From Microgenomates group bacterium (GTDB taxonomy: Bacteria; Patescibacteriota; Microgenomatia; UBA10105; UBA927): 64,000 bases of DNA. Numbering within the stretch: the first letter of the stretch is position 1; every line of letters starts with the position of its first letter. The position numbers and the translations under genes were made by a program. The notes below the pieces were generated by a model that did not search any database, was not told the DNA's origin, and saw only the letters and a list, made by a program, of their open reading frames with translations. The stretch spans positions 639,041 through 703,040 of the forward strand of contig JBAQFJ010000001.1 of NCBI GenBank assembly GCA_049287205.1, read 5' to 3'. Shown in pieces: positions 1 through 9,761 of this stretch.

Positions 1-898
1 AAAATTTAATATACCTACCTAATGAAACCAAGCTGCCCACTGCACCGAGAAGAAATCCGAAAGAAACCATAGACACTAAAAATCCGGCGGAAATCAAAAG
101 CGATGTGGTGGAAAGCATGTTGCCCAACACTGTTTGTATCACAGGAATCGCGCCTAAAAATGATACGATGCTTCCACGAAACACAACCACAAGAATCATA
201 ATCACCGTCCATGCGGCAAATGATCCCGCAAGACCGTATAACCCTCCCTCAAGAATAAACGGCATACGAATATACCATGGAGATGCACCTATAAGTTTTA
301 AAATATCAATCTCTTCTTTTTTGAGCGCAATTTTCATGCTGATCACCGTCATAATAATCAGGAGCGAATCAACAGCAAGAAGTATCGCAAGGACTCCACC
401 AACATTTCGTATTGCGTTTGTCCATGCGAGCAGTGAATCAACCACGTCTTTCTGAAACACAACCTCTTCTACCCCGTCGGCTTGCTGAATGATTGGTTCA
501 AGCTCCGATAAAAATCTCGGATCTTTTGCCGTCACTTCCAACGATGCGGGAAGAATATCTGCTGTCACCATTTCCAATAATAATGGATCGTTTTTATTCT
601 GCTCTTTATAAATTGCCAAAGCTTCTTCTTTTGATACAAATTTTGTTGATGCGATCTTCTCAGTTCCTTCGAGCGCAATGGTTAACACATCCGCTTCCGG
701 TTTCCCTGCTTTTTCCAAGAAAAAAACCGTCAGCTGCGGCTTACTTTCGAAGTATTGCAAAATAGCAAATGACAGACTGGTCGTCAATAAAACAATACCC
801 GTCAAAAGAAACGTGATAAACATGGTTAACACCGCAGCGAAAGACTGATAGGGGGATCTCCTGATATGCGTCCACAATGAATTAGTCTTCTTTTTCAT
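1..898 (-). CDS. ftsX: Cell division permease FtsX, C-terminally truncated at the window edge. The open-ended ORF is absent from the track; the start codon ATG is at 898-896.
   Basis: Hand translation of the reverse complement from 898 gives MKKKTNSLWTHIRRSPYQSFAAVLTMFITFLLTGIVLL, which is FtsX-like. It overlaps the ftsE stop by 17 nt, and ftsE sits immediately upstream. Confidence 0.75.
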   Translation of the reverse strand, partial: MKKKTNSLWTHIRRSPYQSFAAVLTMFITFLLTGIVLLTTSLSFAILQYFESKPQLTVFFLEKAGKPEADVLTIALEGTEKIASTKFVSKEEALAIYKEQNKNDPLLLEMVTADILPASLEVTAKDPRFLSELEPIIQQADGVEEVVFQKDVVDSLLAWTNAIRNVGGVLAILLAVDSLLIIMTVISMKIALKKEEIDILKLIGASPWYIRMPFILEGGLYGLAGSFAAWTVIMILVVVFRGSIVSFLGAIPVIQTVLGNMLSTTSLLISAGFLVSMVSFGFLLGAVGSLVSLGRYIKF

Positions 899-1637
899 GA
901 TTGTTCCTTTCTTCCTTGTGTTCTTCCTCATGTTTTTTTCCATGATGTGCACGTTTTGTAAAATGGTATTTTCCTTTTGTCTCATCACTGACAATACTTC
1001 CTTCTTTCATCGTCAATGTCCGTTTTTTATGCGCATCCACAAGCAACGAATTATGCGTTACGATCAATACTGTCGTTCCCATTTTATTCACTTCCTTTAA
1101 TATTTCCATAATATCTTCACTTGTTTCCGGATCCAGATTTCCCGTCGGTTCATCCGCCAACAGCACACTCGGCCCTGCAACGATTGCTCTTGCCAGTGCG
1201 ATTCTTTGCTTTTCTCCCTGAGAAAGTTGCACCGGAAAAAAATGCGCTTTATCTGCAAGTTCCACAAGCCCTAAGACGTCCATGACGCCTTTTTCAATCT
1301 CTTCTTCGGACTTACCCAGAACTTCCATTCCGACTGCGATATTTTCAAAAACTGTCCTGTCCATGAGCAGTTTGAGATCTTGGAATACCATACCGACTTT
1401 TCTTCGGAGCATAAATAATTGTGATTCGGGAATCATCGCAATATCTTCGCTGTCTATAAGAATCTGTCCTTCAGTAGGAAGAAGTTCACGGGTCAATAAT
1501 TTTAACAGCGTTGTTTTTCCTGCACCGGTTGGACCGATAAGAAAAACGAAATCCCCGTCTGGTATTTCAACGGAAATGTCGGAGAGTGCTTTGCGTTCCC
1601 CTCCATAATCTTTTGATACATGAATTAATTGAATCAT
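882..1637 (-). CDS. ftsE: Cell division ATP-binding protein FtsE (ABC ATPase) with an unusual 30-aa His/Lys/Glu-rich C-terminal tail
   Basis: Walker A GPTGAGKTT, signature LSQGEKQRIALARA and Walker B LLADEPTGNLD are present. The adjacent ftsX supports the call. Confidence 0.9.
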   Translation of the reverse strand: MIQLIHVSKDYGGERKALSDISVEIPDGDFVFLIGPTGAGKTTLLKLLTRELLPTEGQILIDSEDIAMIPESQLFMLRRKVGMVFQDLKLLMDRTVFENIAVGMEVLGKSEEEIEKGVMDVLGLVELADKAHFFPVQLSQGEKQRIALARAIVAGPSVLLADEPTGNLDPETSEDIMEILKEVNKMGTTVLIVTHNSLLVDAHKKRTLTMKEGSIVSDETKGKYHFTKRAHHGKKHEEEHKEERNNHEKED

Positions 1638-1640
1638 TCC

Positions 1641-2105
1641 TTACAAAACTTCTATTTGTCCCACATCCATGAGCCATGGACAGGATTTTGCTTCCATTGT
1701 TTTACTCGTAACTTTCACTTTTTTACCCACAAACTGATCCAGATCTAACACTGATGACACAAGACATGCAGTCTGTGATGCTCCGCCTTCGCGAATAAGC
1801 TTGTGTGTTCCCTCATTACTGATACCGCCCTTTTCGATTGTCCCTGTCGCACTATCAGTAAACGTTTTTGTATCAGCGCTTCCAAATACATTCTTTCCGG
1901 TTGCCGTCGGACCTGCAGCAGCTGATGAAGCTGAACCTGACGCCGACTGTTTCCCTCCGGCAATAAAATATCCCGTTATCACTCCAAAAAGAATCATTAC
2001 AAGAAAAACTCCGAGAACTATTACTTTTGTTTGTTTTGTCATTACTGCCTCCTCCTTCATTGAAGGTACTTGTACTTGTTTTTGCAGCGGTTCAAATTTT
2101 TCCAT
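1641..2105 (-). CDS. Hypothetical membrane-anchored protein with one N-terminal TM helix and a Gly/Ser/Thr-rich linker, lying between prfB and ftsE
   Basis: Complete ORF with a hydrophobic segment VIVLGVFLVMILFGVITGYFIAG. It is packed 4 nt upstream of ftsE on the same strand. No recognisable family. Confidence 0.5.
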   Translation of the reverse strand: MEKFEPLQKQVQVPSMKEEAVMTKQTKVIVLGVFLVMILFGVITGYFIAGGKQSASGSASSAAAGPTATGKNVFGSADTKTFTDSATGTIEKGGISNEGTHKLIREGGASQTACLVSSVLDLDQFVGKKVKVTSKTMEAKSCPWLMDVGQIEVL

Positions 2106-2125
2106 AGTTCCTCCATTATTACGAC

Positions 2126-3136
2126 TTATGTGATTTTTTTCAAGTATGCCATGATAAAATCTTCAATATCTCCGTCCAGTACCCTGTCAGTATTACTCGT
2201 TTCACACTGGGTACGCACGTCTTTTACCATATGGTATGGGTGTAATACATAGGATCTGATCTGATTTCCCCACCCCGGTGTTTTATACACACCTTTGTAT
2301 TTATCCTGTTCTGACTGCCGCTTTTCTTCCTCAAGCGTCCACAGTTTTGCCCGAAGAATCTTCAGTGCGTATTCCCGATTTTGCCCCTGATACCGTTCAC
2401 TTTGGCATGTCACAACAATTCCCGACGGTATATGCTTCAGTCTGACTGCAGTTGAAACTTTATTAACGTTCTGTCCGCCTTTTCCGCCGGACCTGTAAAA
2501 TTCCCAATCCAAATCCTCTTCCTTGAAGATTATCTCTTGAGAGTCTTCAACGACAGGCAATACCTCAACCATAGCAAATGATGTCTGACGTAAATTATCC
2601 GCATTAAACGGTGATTGTCTGACTAACCGATGGACGCCGCTTTCTGCTTTCAAAAATCCGTATGCGTATGCACCACTCACCTCAATCGTCACACTTTTAA
2701 TTCCTGCTTCATCTCCTGCGGTAAAATCAATTTCCTCTGCAGACCACCCTTTTCTTTCACAGTACCTCGTGTACATACGATAGAGCATTGATGTCCAATC
2801 CATTGCTTCCGTGCCACCCTGCCCCGAATGCAGTGCCAGTATCGCATCTCCCCGATCATAGGGACTGGACAAATACAACGCAAATTCCATTCGGTTCAAT
2901 TCTTTTTCCAAGTCTGTCTCATTTCCTTCTGACATAAGAAGCTCCAGCATTTCCCCCTCTTCCACTTCTTTGCCGAGTTCCGCCATGTGTTTCATTTTTT
3001 TAGCAGCAGGCTTCGCGTCTTTCCAGAAATCTTCCTTCATGCTTTCCGCTTCAAGTTCCCGAATAGCACGCCGCTTCCCGTCAAGGTCAAGTTTTTCCAA
3101 TAATTGTTTTGTTCTTTGTACGAGTTCTTCATTCAT
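2126..3136 (-). CDS. prfB: Peptide chain release factor 2, non-frameshifted type
   Basis: GGQ motif (SGGKGGQNVNKVSTAVRL) and the RF2-specific SPF tripeptide (RQSPFNADN) are present. The N-terminus aligns to E. coli RF2 downstream of its frameshift site. The sequence is in-frame (AAA CTT GAC CTT GAC) where E. coli has CUU UGA C. Confidence 0.92.
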   Translation of the reverse strand: MNEELVQRTKQLLEKLDLDGKRRAIRELEAESMKEDFWKDAKPAAKKMKHMAELGKEVEEGEMLELLMSEGNETDLEKELNRMEFALYLSSPYDRGDAILALHSGQGGTEAMDWTSMLYRMYTRYCERKGWSAEEIDFTAGDEAGIKSVTIEVSGAYAYGFLKAESGVHRLVRQSPFNADNLRQTSFAMVEVLPVVEDSQEIIFKEEDLDWEFYRSGGKGGQNVNKVSTAVRLKHIPSGIVVTCQSERYQGQNREYALKILRAKLWTLEEEKRQSEQDKYKGVYKTPGWGNQIRSYVLHPYHMVKDVRTQCETSNTDRVLDGDIEDFIMAYLKKIT

Positions 3137-3151
3137 ACTGTTAAAAAAATA

Positions 3152-3520
3152 TTATTTACAAATTACTTCTTTTATTACTGTTTGTGATTCCGGATCTAAC
3201 GTTTCAATTTTTTTCACCACCTGAATAATTATTTCTTTTGTCGCAGTCTCCTGTACTTTTTCTGATGCGGTGGTAACAACAGTTGAAACAGCTGATGCTG
3301 CAACCGAAGAAATATTGATAGGTTCAACCCCTTCCATATCAGTCACACCAAGAGTCTCTGCAGTCTGTTTCCCCGCATCTGTCTGTATGACAAACTCCCG
3401 AACTTTTTTAAGCATTTCAGGCATTGGCTGACTTGTTAATTTCGGCCACGCCAAACTTGCACCCGACACAACAACCGCGGAAGTCAAAAACGTCAAAATA
3501 AACTTACCAAGAAATGGCAT
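3152..3520 (-). CDS. Hypothetical secreted protein with an N-terminal signal peptide
   Basis: ORF with signal-like N-terminus MPFLGKFILTFLTSAVVVSGASLA. Its TAA stop lies 15 nt upstream of the prfB ATG. Confidence 0.45.
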   Translation of the reverse strand: MPFLGKFILTFLTSAVVVSGASLAWPKLTSQPMPEMLKKVREFVIQTDAGKQTAETLGVTDMEGVEPINISSVAASAVSTVVTTASEKVQETATKEIIIQVVKKIETLDPESQTVIKEVICK

Positions 3521-3581
3521 AGATGTACTAAGTATACGGTGTTAACAAGAAAAACGAAAGCGAATATGATATAACAGTACC

Positions 3582-4070
3582 ATGATTATTTTAGGACTTG
3601 ATCCGGGAACAGCGAGAGTCGGATGGGGTGTTGTCGAAACAAACGGATCAACATACGAATCAATCGCGTATGGTCTTATTGAAACAGATAAAGATACTTG
3701 TGCAGAAGACAGGTTAAAAGAGATTTTTGACGCGCTACAAACACTCATTACACGCTATAAACCGGAAGCGGTTTCGATTGAAGATCTGTATTTTTCAACA
3801 AATGCAAAAACCGCTATTGCCGTCGGTCAGGCGCGCGGAGTTCTTCTTCTTGCATGCGCCAACCACCATATAAAAACAGCATCGTACTCGCCGCTCACTA
3901 TCAAGCGCGCAATTACCGGTGATGGAAAAGCGGACAAGGGACAGGTACAATATATGGTAACGAAACAACTGCACTTGCGGGAAACACCGAAACCAGACGA
4001 TGTTGCGGATGCACTGGCCATTGCCCTTACCCATGCATTTTCCTATCGGATGAAGGAGGCCTGTATATGA
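3582..4070 (+). CDS. ruvC: Holliday junction resolvase RuvC
   Basis: N-terminal IILGLDPGTARVGWGVVE and overall similarity to RuvC. It heads a ruvCAB cluster. Confidence 0.9.
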   Translation: MIILGLDPGTARVGWGVVETNGSTYESIAYGLIETDKDTCAEDRLKEIFDALQTLITRYKPEAVSIEDLYFSTNAKTAIAVGQARGVLLLACANHHIKTASYSPLTIKRAITGDGKADKGQVQYMVTKQLHLRETPKPDDVADALAIALTHAFSYRMKEACI

Positions 4071-4636
4071 TTGGCGCACTGATTGGCACTGTCCACACTG
4101 TTAAAAAAAATCCGATTCTATTTTTTGTCGACGATGTTGGCTATGCGGTCAGTATCACGGACACTCTTGCAAAAACGTTAACCCCAAATAAAAAAACGTT
4201 TCTTTTTATCCATACGCATATCCGAGAAGATGCGTTTGATTTGTTCGGATTTATATCGCAGGAAGAACTAACTCTTTTTGAACTACTGCTCACGGTCTCA
4301 GGCGTCGGACCAAAAACAGCGCTTCTTGTCATGAATGCTGGCGGCGACGCAATCAAACGTGCCGTACAAATGAGTGACGTTGATTTTTTCACTCAAATCC
4401 CTCGCTTAGGCAGAAAAAATGCGCAGAAAATCATCATTGAACTGAAAAATAAACTTGGCAGTGTCGGAGAACTGGATCTTCGGGATGAATCACAAGAAAC
4501 CGATGAAATGATTGATGCGCTTGTCTCCATGGGGTTTGCGAAAAAAGAAGTGCTCGCAATTGTCAAGAAAATCCCGAACACTGATACAACTGTTGAACAA
4601 AAACTCAAAAGTGCGCTGAAACTCTTGGGGAAATAA
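4067..4636 (+). CDS. ruvA: Holliday junction branch migration protein RuvA
   Basis: N-terminal MIGALIGTV and HhH region [12 protein letters not shown]. It overlaps ruvC by 4 nt. Confidence 0.88.
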   Translation: MIGALIGTVHTVKKNPILFFVDDVGYAVSITDTLAKTLTPNKKTFLFIHTHIREDAFDLFGFISQEELTLFELLLTVSGVGPKTALLVMNAGGDAIKRAVQMSDVDFFTQIPRLGRKNAQKIIIELKNKLGSVGELDLRDESQETDEMIDALVSMGFAKKEVLAIVKKIPNTDTTVEQKLKSALKLLGK

Positions 4637-4637
4637 T

Positions 4638-5687
4638 ATGCCGATTACTACCATGTCATCAAAAAAGAAAAAAATCGGAAAAGAAGATGTCCTCTTCCAA
4701 ACGGCACCACCGGAGGAAGAGCGGATTATCACATCACTTCGCGCATCCACTTGGGATGAATTTTACGGACAGGGTGTTGCAAAAAAAAGTTTGGCAATCG
4801 CGATTCAGGCGTCAAAAAAACGGAAAGAACCGCTTGAACATATTCTACTGTATGGCCCTCCGGGCTTGGGAAAAACAACGCTCGCTCACCTTATTGCACA
4901 CGAGATGGGCGTCAATATACGTATTACTTCAGGACCCGCCATTGAGCGTGCAGGTGATCTTGCCGCCATCTTAACGAATCTCGCACCAAATGATATTTTA
5001 TTCATTGATGAAATACACCGGCTGAATAAAGTTGTTGAAGAAACACTGTATCCTGCGATGGAAGATTTTGCCCTCGACATCGTTATAGGAAAAGGGCCTT
5101 CAGCCCGCACGCTTCGTCTTGACCTTCCACCGGTTACTATCATCGGAGCAACGACCAGAGCAGGGCTTTTGTCCTCCCCAATGCGGGATCGTTTCGGCGT
5201 TATAGAACGATTATCGTTCTATGGTCATGAGGATTTGGAAAAAATTATTGAACGGGCGGCAAAAAAACTTGGGGTCTCAATAAGCATAAAAGCAAAAAAG
5301 GAACTTGCAATCAGAAGTCGAGGCACTCCAAGAATCGCTCTTCGGCTTCTCAAACGAAGCCGCGATGTTGCGGAAATTGCCGAAGAAAAAGAAATAACTG
5401 ATGAAATTATTACAACTGCACTTGCCCTTCTTGGTATCGATGAAGCCGGTACTGACGCATCAGACAGAAGACTTCTTACAACGATTATTGAAAAATATAA
5501 TGGCGGCCCGATCGGCATTGAAACACTCGCAGCTGCACTGTCTGAAGATATCGACACAGTGGAAGGAATTCTTGAACCATACCTCATGCAGCTTGGGTTT
5601 CTCAAGCGCACTCCACGCGGCAGGTTTGTCACAGCGAGTGCATATGCACATTTAGGAATTACCCCACCGAAGCATTTTCAGGAATAA
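4638..5687 (+). CDS. ruvB: Holliday junction ATP-dependent DNA helicase RuvB
   Basis: AAA+ motifs [14 protein letters not shown] and [10 protein letters not shown], sensor RDRFG. Confidence 0.93.
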   Translation: MPITTMSSKKKKIGKEDVLFQTAPPEEERIITSLRASTWDEFYGQGVAKKSLAIAIQASKKRKEPLEHILLYGPPGLGKTTLAHLIAHEMGVNIRITSGPAIERAGDLAAILTNLAPNDILFIDEIHRLNKVVEETLYPAMEDFALDIVIGKGPSARTLRLDLPPVTIIGATTRAGLLSSPMRDRFGVIERLSFYGHEDLEKIIERAAKKLGVSISIKAKKELAIRSRGTPRIALRLLKRSRDVAEIAEEKEITDEIITTALALLGIDEAGTDASDRRLLTTIIEKYNGGPIGIETLAAALSEDIDTVEGILEPYLMQLGFLKRTPRGRFVTASAYAHLGITPPKHFQE

Positions 5688-5694
5688 TGGAGCA

Positions 5695-5729
5695 ACAAAA
5701 AATCCCCTATTACGGGGACTTTTTGTTTT
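5695..5729. terminator. Bidirectional intrinsic terminator between convergent ruvB and the thioredoxin-fold gene
   Basis: A-tract, then hairpin TCCCC-tattac-GGGGA, then T-tract (aaaaaatcccctattacggggactttttgtttt). Confidence 0.6.
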
Positions 5730-5743
5730 AACTACATTCTGTA

Positions 5744-6745
5744 TTAATTGCAATTTGCCGCTGCACTGCCACCTGCTGCTGCCACATCTGTTTGAGAGAA
5801 CGATGTAGCAATCTGATCGGTTGAAAGCGAGACACCACAATACGCAGCTTCTTTCGTCCCTGCACAGCAGGAAACCTGTTTTAATGCATCAGCTGTTCTT
5901 CCTCCGAAATCAAATTCCGAAACAACCTGACTTTCGTTTACTACCAATGTCGGAGAACTTGTAACCGTAAATTTATCTGCGAGATCAAAGTCTTTTTGTG
6001 CATATGCATTCCCCCGTTTTGCATCAGTCATACATGCATTTACATTTGAAATATTCACACCAGATGACGCAAGACATGCGGCGCTTTGTCCAGCCTCTTT
6101 CATATAGCAGGACACATATGGCCAATACAATGTCTTTTGCTCTTCACGGATACAGATCTGACGAAGATTCTCCTGTGCTTCTTCATCACCGTGCATGGAA
6201 GTTATTTTTCCATTTTCAATGCTTCCGATATATTTCACATCAAAAACAGATGCGAGTGCCGGCTGTTCTGCAATTGCTCTTGCCATAACGCGCTGCATCT
6301 GCAAACCGAACGGACAATTTGCAACAACAAATCCTGTTACCTTTGGGGCATCGGCTTTGTTTACATCGGAACAGGACATCGCACCTTGCGTTTCTGTCGT
6401 CGCGGGTGTTGAGGTTTTTACAAGCTCACTCACAACTGTTCCCCCTGCAAAAAATATCTTGCCATCCTTCGTCATATACGACGTAAACTTTTGCGCCTGT
6501 CCGCTAATGGTTAAATCAAGTTCAAATGAATAGACACCACTTTCTGACTTAAGATTATTTATACTATTTACCGTTGATCCGGATCCGGCAAGTTGTGCAA
6601 CAACGGCAGGAATGGTTTTTGTTTTGAGTTCTACCATTTTATCTCTCCCGCGTTTTACCACAGCTACCCCAACCAGAAGTGCTATGATTAAAAGAGGAAC
6701 GAGAAAAGAGAACAATTTTTTACGCTTGAGAGTTTGTTTTTTCAT
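5744..6745 (-). CDS. Membrane-anchored, cysteine-rich thioredoxin-fold protein of the DsbA/BdbD family with a degenerate CPFG active site in place of CxxC
   Basis: N-terminal TM helix. Residues about 145-330 resemble the BdbD/DsbA pattern. The CPF motif is followed by G instead of C. Confidence 0.55.
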   Translation of the reverse strand: MKKQTLKRKKLFSFLVPLLIIALLVGVAVVKRGRDKMVELKTKTIPAVVAQLAGSGSTVNSINNLKSESGVYSFELDLTISGQAQKFTSYMTKDGKIFFAGGTVVSELVKTSTPATTETQGAMSCSDVNKADAPKVTGFVVANCPFGLQMQRVMARAIAEQPALASVFDVKYIGSIENGKITSMHGDEEAQENLRQICIREEQKTLYWPYVSCYMKEAGQSAACLASSGVNISNVNACMTDAKRGNAYAQKDFDLADKFTVTSSPTLVVNESQVVSEFDFGGRTADALKQVSCCAGTKEAAYCGVSLSTDQIATSFSQTDVAAAGGSAAANCN

Positions 6746-6833
6746 AGTCTATTAGTTGTACTCGAAATCTATAACATTTGTCAATCTACATATATATGCT
6801 GTATACTAGTTTTTTCAATGTCTGTTATTCTCT

Positions 6834-7868
6834 ATGAAAAAATTCTTAAAAAATAAAAAAGTCTGGATACTCGTCATTCTCCTCGTCATCGGCGGATTCA
6901 TCGCAAATTCGGTTATTCAATCCAATAAAAAGAAATCCGCAAAAATAACAATGTATACTGTCACCAGACAGACCGTTAAAGAAACTTTGTCTGTCGCAGG
7001 AACCGTAGACGCGGAAGAAAAAACAACCCTCAGATTTCAAAGCTCAGGATTGTTAGCATGGATTGGCGTCAAAGAGGGAGATACAGTCTCCAAATACCAA
7101 GCAATTGCGGGACTTGACGAGCGGGAACTGCAGAAAAACCTCCAAAAATATTTATATTCGTACGATAAGACACGATGGGATTTTGAACAAACCAAAGATG
7201 AATACCAGGCACCCGCACAGAATTATTTTGGACTTTCCACAAATGAGCGGAGCGATATTGACCGCGCCTTTCAAAAAGCACAATTTGATGTAAACAGCGC
7301 CGTCCTTGATGTGGAGCTACGGAATATTGCATTAAAGTATGCGACACTTACGACACCGATTGACGGCATTATTACTCGGGTTGGAGTGCCGATTGCAGGA
7401 GTAAATATCACACCAACGCAGGCGGAATTTGATATTGTCAATCCACATACATTGTATCTTTCGGTGCTGCCGGATCAAACGGAAGTCAGCAAACTCACAG
7501 CTACTATGTCCGCGGAAATTATTTTCGATTCCTATTCAGAAGCGACGGTATCAGGACGTATCATTTCCATTGCTTTTGCACCAAAATCAGGAGAGAGTTC
7601 AACTGTGTATGAAGTAAAACTTTCGTTTCCGCTTGACTCATTTCAGTACCGGATCGGCATGACAGCAGATGCATTATTCACCGTAAGCGAAAAAACTGAT
7701 GTGCTTGCCATTCCTCTTTCCTACTTGAAATCAGAAAACGGAAAACCATATGTGACAAGAAAAGTGGGAAACAACAAAGAAAAGACACCTGTTGTTGTCG
7801 GACTTGAAGGCGATGATTTGATAGAAATTGCAGGCGGGTTGGCCGAAGGCGATATCCTCTATGATTAA
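6834..7868 (+). CDS. Efflux transporter periplasmic adaptor subunit (HlyD/MacA family)
   Basis: N-terminal TM anchor, coiled-coil middle region, and a beta-barrel C-terminus typical of membrane-fusion proteins. It lies upstream of MacB-like ATPase and permease genes. Confidence 0.75.
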   Translation: MKKFLKNKKVWILVILLVIGGFIANSVIQSNKKKSAKITMYTVTRQTVKETLSVAGTVDAEEKTTLRFQSSGLLAWIGVKEGDTVSKYQAIAGLDERELQKNLQKYLYSYDKTRWDFEQTKDEYQAPAQNYFGLSTNERSDIDRAFQKAQFDVNSAVLDVELRNIALKYATLTTPIDGIITRVGVPIAGVNITPTQAEFDIVNPHTLYLSVLPDQTEVSKLTATMSAEIIFDSYSEATVSGRIISIAFAPKSGESSTVYEVKLSFPLDSFQYRIGMTADALFTVSEKTDVLAIPLSYLKSENGKPYVTRKVGNNKEKTPVVVGLEGDDLIEIAGGLAEGDILYD

Positions 7869-8547
7869 TCTCTCAAAGATTTCGAAAGAATACAAACTTT
7901 CCGGAGAGTCTTTTTTTGCACTAAAAGATGTGTCTTTTGAGGTGAAAGAAAAAGAATTCCTTGCAATCCTGGGTCCTTCCGGATCCGGCAAATCAACCAT
8001 CATGCATATCATGGGACTTCTTGATAACCCAACCGCAGGTACTATCAAAATTGACGGACGTAACGTCTCCAACTATTCAGATGATGAACTGTCACTTGCT
8101 CGAAATGAAACCATCGGATTTGTTTTTCAGCAATTCAACCTGATCAATAAACTGACTATTTTGGAGAATATCCTCCTGCCTACCATCTATACACGGCACT
8201 CCCTTCCCTTTACTCCGAAAACCCGTGCGATGGAACTCATCACAAAATTTGGACTTTTAGGAAAAGAGAACTCATACCCAAACAAAATATCAGGCGGTCA
8301 GCAACAACGGGTGGCAATTGCCAGAGCACTTATCATGAATCCGAGACTAGTATTAGCCGACGAACCGACAGGAAACCTTGATACAAAAACGGGAAATGCG
8401 ATTCTTGATCTTTTGGAAAAACTGAACAAAGAGGAAGGCGTAACCGTCGTCATCATCACGCATGAACCGGATGTGGCTAACCGATGTAAACGAAGACTCT
8501 ATATTCGTGATGGTCATTTATATACAAAAGCAAATTACACTGTATGA
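7861..8547 (+). CDS. ABC transporter ATP-binding protein (MacB/LolD-like). The likely start is at the internal MINLSK; the track ORF begins at 7828.
   Basis: Walker A GPSGSGKST, signature LSGGQQQRVAIARAL, Walker B LVLADEPTGNLD. Confidence 0.88.
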   Translation: MINLSKISKEYKLSGESFFALKDVSFEVKEKEFLAILGPSGSGKSTIMHIMGLLDNPTAGTIKIDGRNVSNYSDDELSLARNETIGFVFQQFNLINKLTILENILLPTIYTRHSLPFTPKTRAMELITKFGLLGKENSYPNKISGGQQQRVAIARALIMNPRLVLADEPTGNLDTKTGNAILDLLEKLNKEEGVTVVIITHEPDVANRCKRRLYIRDGHLYTKANYTV

Positions 8548-9740
8548 ACTATTTTCTTTTTATCATCAAAGCCGCGCTTGAGGATTTCAGAAGAAACAAA
8601 ATTAAAACATTCCTCACATCCCTTGGTATTACCATCGGTGTTTCATCTGTTGTCCTTCTTATTGCGCTCGGACTCGGACTGAAAGCGTACATTCAGGACC
8701 AATTTGATACGTTCGGAACCAATAATATCTATGTGATTCCGGGAAGTCTGGATGGCGGATTTGGAGGCGGAGGTGCAAACACACAATTGTTTGATGACAA
8801 AGATGTCTCAACGCTTAAACGAATCAACGGTATTGCCAACACCATCCCTGTATACGAAAAATACATGAAGGTGGAAGGATCCGTCGAAACAAAGACCTAT
8901 CAGGTCACGACATCAACAGAAGAAATTTTCAATACACTGACGCTTGATATCGCGTACGGTTCGCTGTACACAAAAAGCGATGTTTCAAAAGGCGCAAAAA
9001 AAATAGTGTTGGGTTGGAAAGCTGCTGAAAAATTATTCGGATCGCAGGCGTCGGCGATTGGAAAAAACGCGACTGTCAACGGCAGCGCGTATAAAGTCAT
9101 TGGTGTGTTTGAGGAAAAAGGCGGAGGATCTTTTGGCGCACCGAGCATAGATGACAGCGTTTATATGCCAATCACTGCATCACTTTCCTTTAATCCGACC
9201 AAAAAATACGCAAGCATTTATCTGAAAATCCGCGACGAATCTTATGTCGCACCTGTCAAAAAAGAAGCAGCTGAAGTACTCTTAAAACGATATAAGGAAG
9301 ATGAATTTTCTGTGATTGAACAGACGGAACTCATTAACACCATCAACTCCATATTTAATGTGCTCAATACAGTGCTTATTGCCATCGCCGCAATTTCTCT
9401 TATTGTCGGCGGTGTCGGCATCATGAATATTATGTACATGTCCGTTATGGAACGGATCCGGGAAATCGGTATCAGACGTGCAATAGGCGCCACCAAAAAA
9501 GATATTCTTTGGCAATTTATGGCGGAAGCAGTGCTTCTGTCCGGACTTGGCGGGACATTAGGGCTTCTGTTTTCGTGGCTTGTTGTGTTTCTTCTCCGTT
9601 CCATATTTCCTGCATATATCGATGCGGCGACTGTCGCGATTGCACTTGGCGTTTCCAGTGCCGTTGGTATTGGGTTTGGGGTGGCACCCGCCAAACAAGC
9701 TGCAGATCTTTCTCCGATGGAAGCAATACGCTACGAATAG
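8544..9740 (+). CDS. ABC transporter permease (MacB/FtsX family)
   Basis: N-terminal TM helix, a large periplasmic domain, and a C-terminal four-helix FtsX-like domain. It overlaps the ATPase gene by 4 nt. Confidence 0.85.
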   Translation: MNYFLFIIKAALEDFRRNKIKTFLTSLGITIGVSSVVLLIALGLGLKAYIQDQFDTFGTNNIYVIPGSLDGGFGGGGANTQLFDDKDVSTLKRINGIANTIPVYEKYMKVEGSVETKTYQVTTSTEEIFNTLTLDIAYGSLYTKSDVSKGAKKIVLGWKAAEKLFGSQASAIGKNATVNGSAYKVIGVFEEKGGGSFGAPSIDDSVYMPITASLSFNPTKKYASIYLKIRDESYVAPVKKEAAEVLLKRYKEDEFSVIEQTELINTINSIFNVLNTVLIAIAAISLIVGGVGIMNIMYMSVMERIREIGIRRAIGATKKDILWQFMAEAVLLSGLGGTLGLLFSWLVVFLLRSIFPAYIDAATVAIALGVSSAVGIGFGVAPAKQAADLSPMEAIRYE

Positions 9741-9761
9741 CTCCAAACAACTATACGTACT

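Noticed and set aside
15-212. 65-aa ORF at the window start on the - strand
   Set aside because: It lies in a different frame inside the open-ended ftsX coding region. The FtsX reading frame continues through it.
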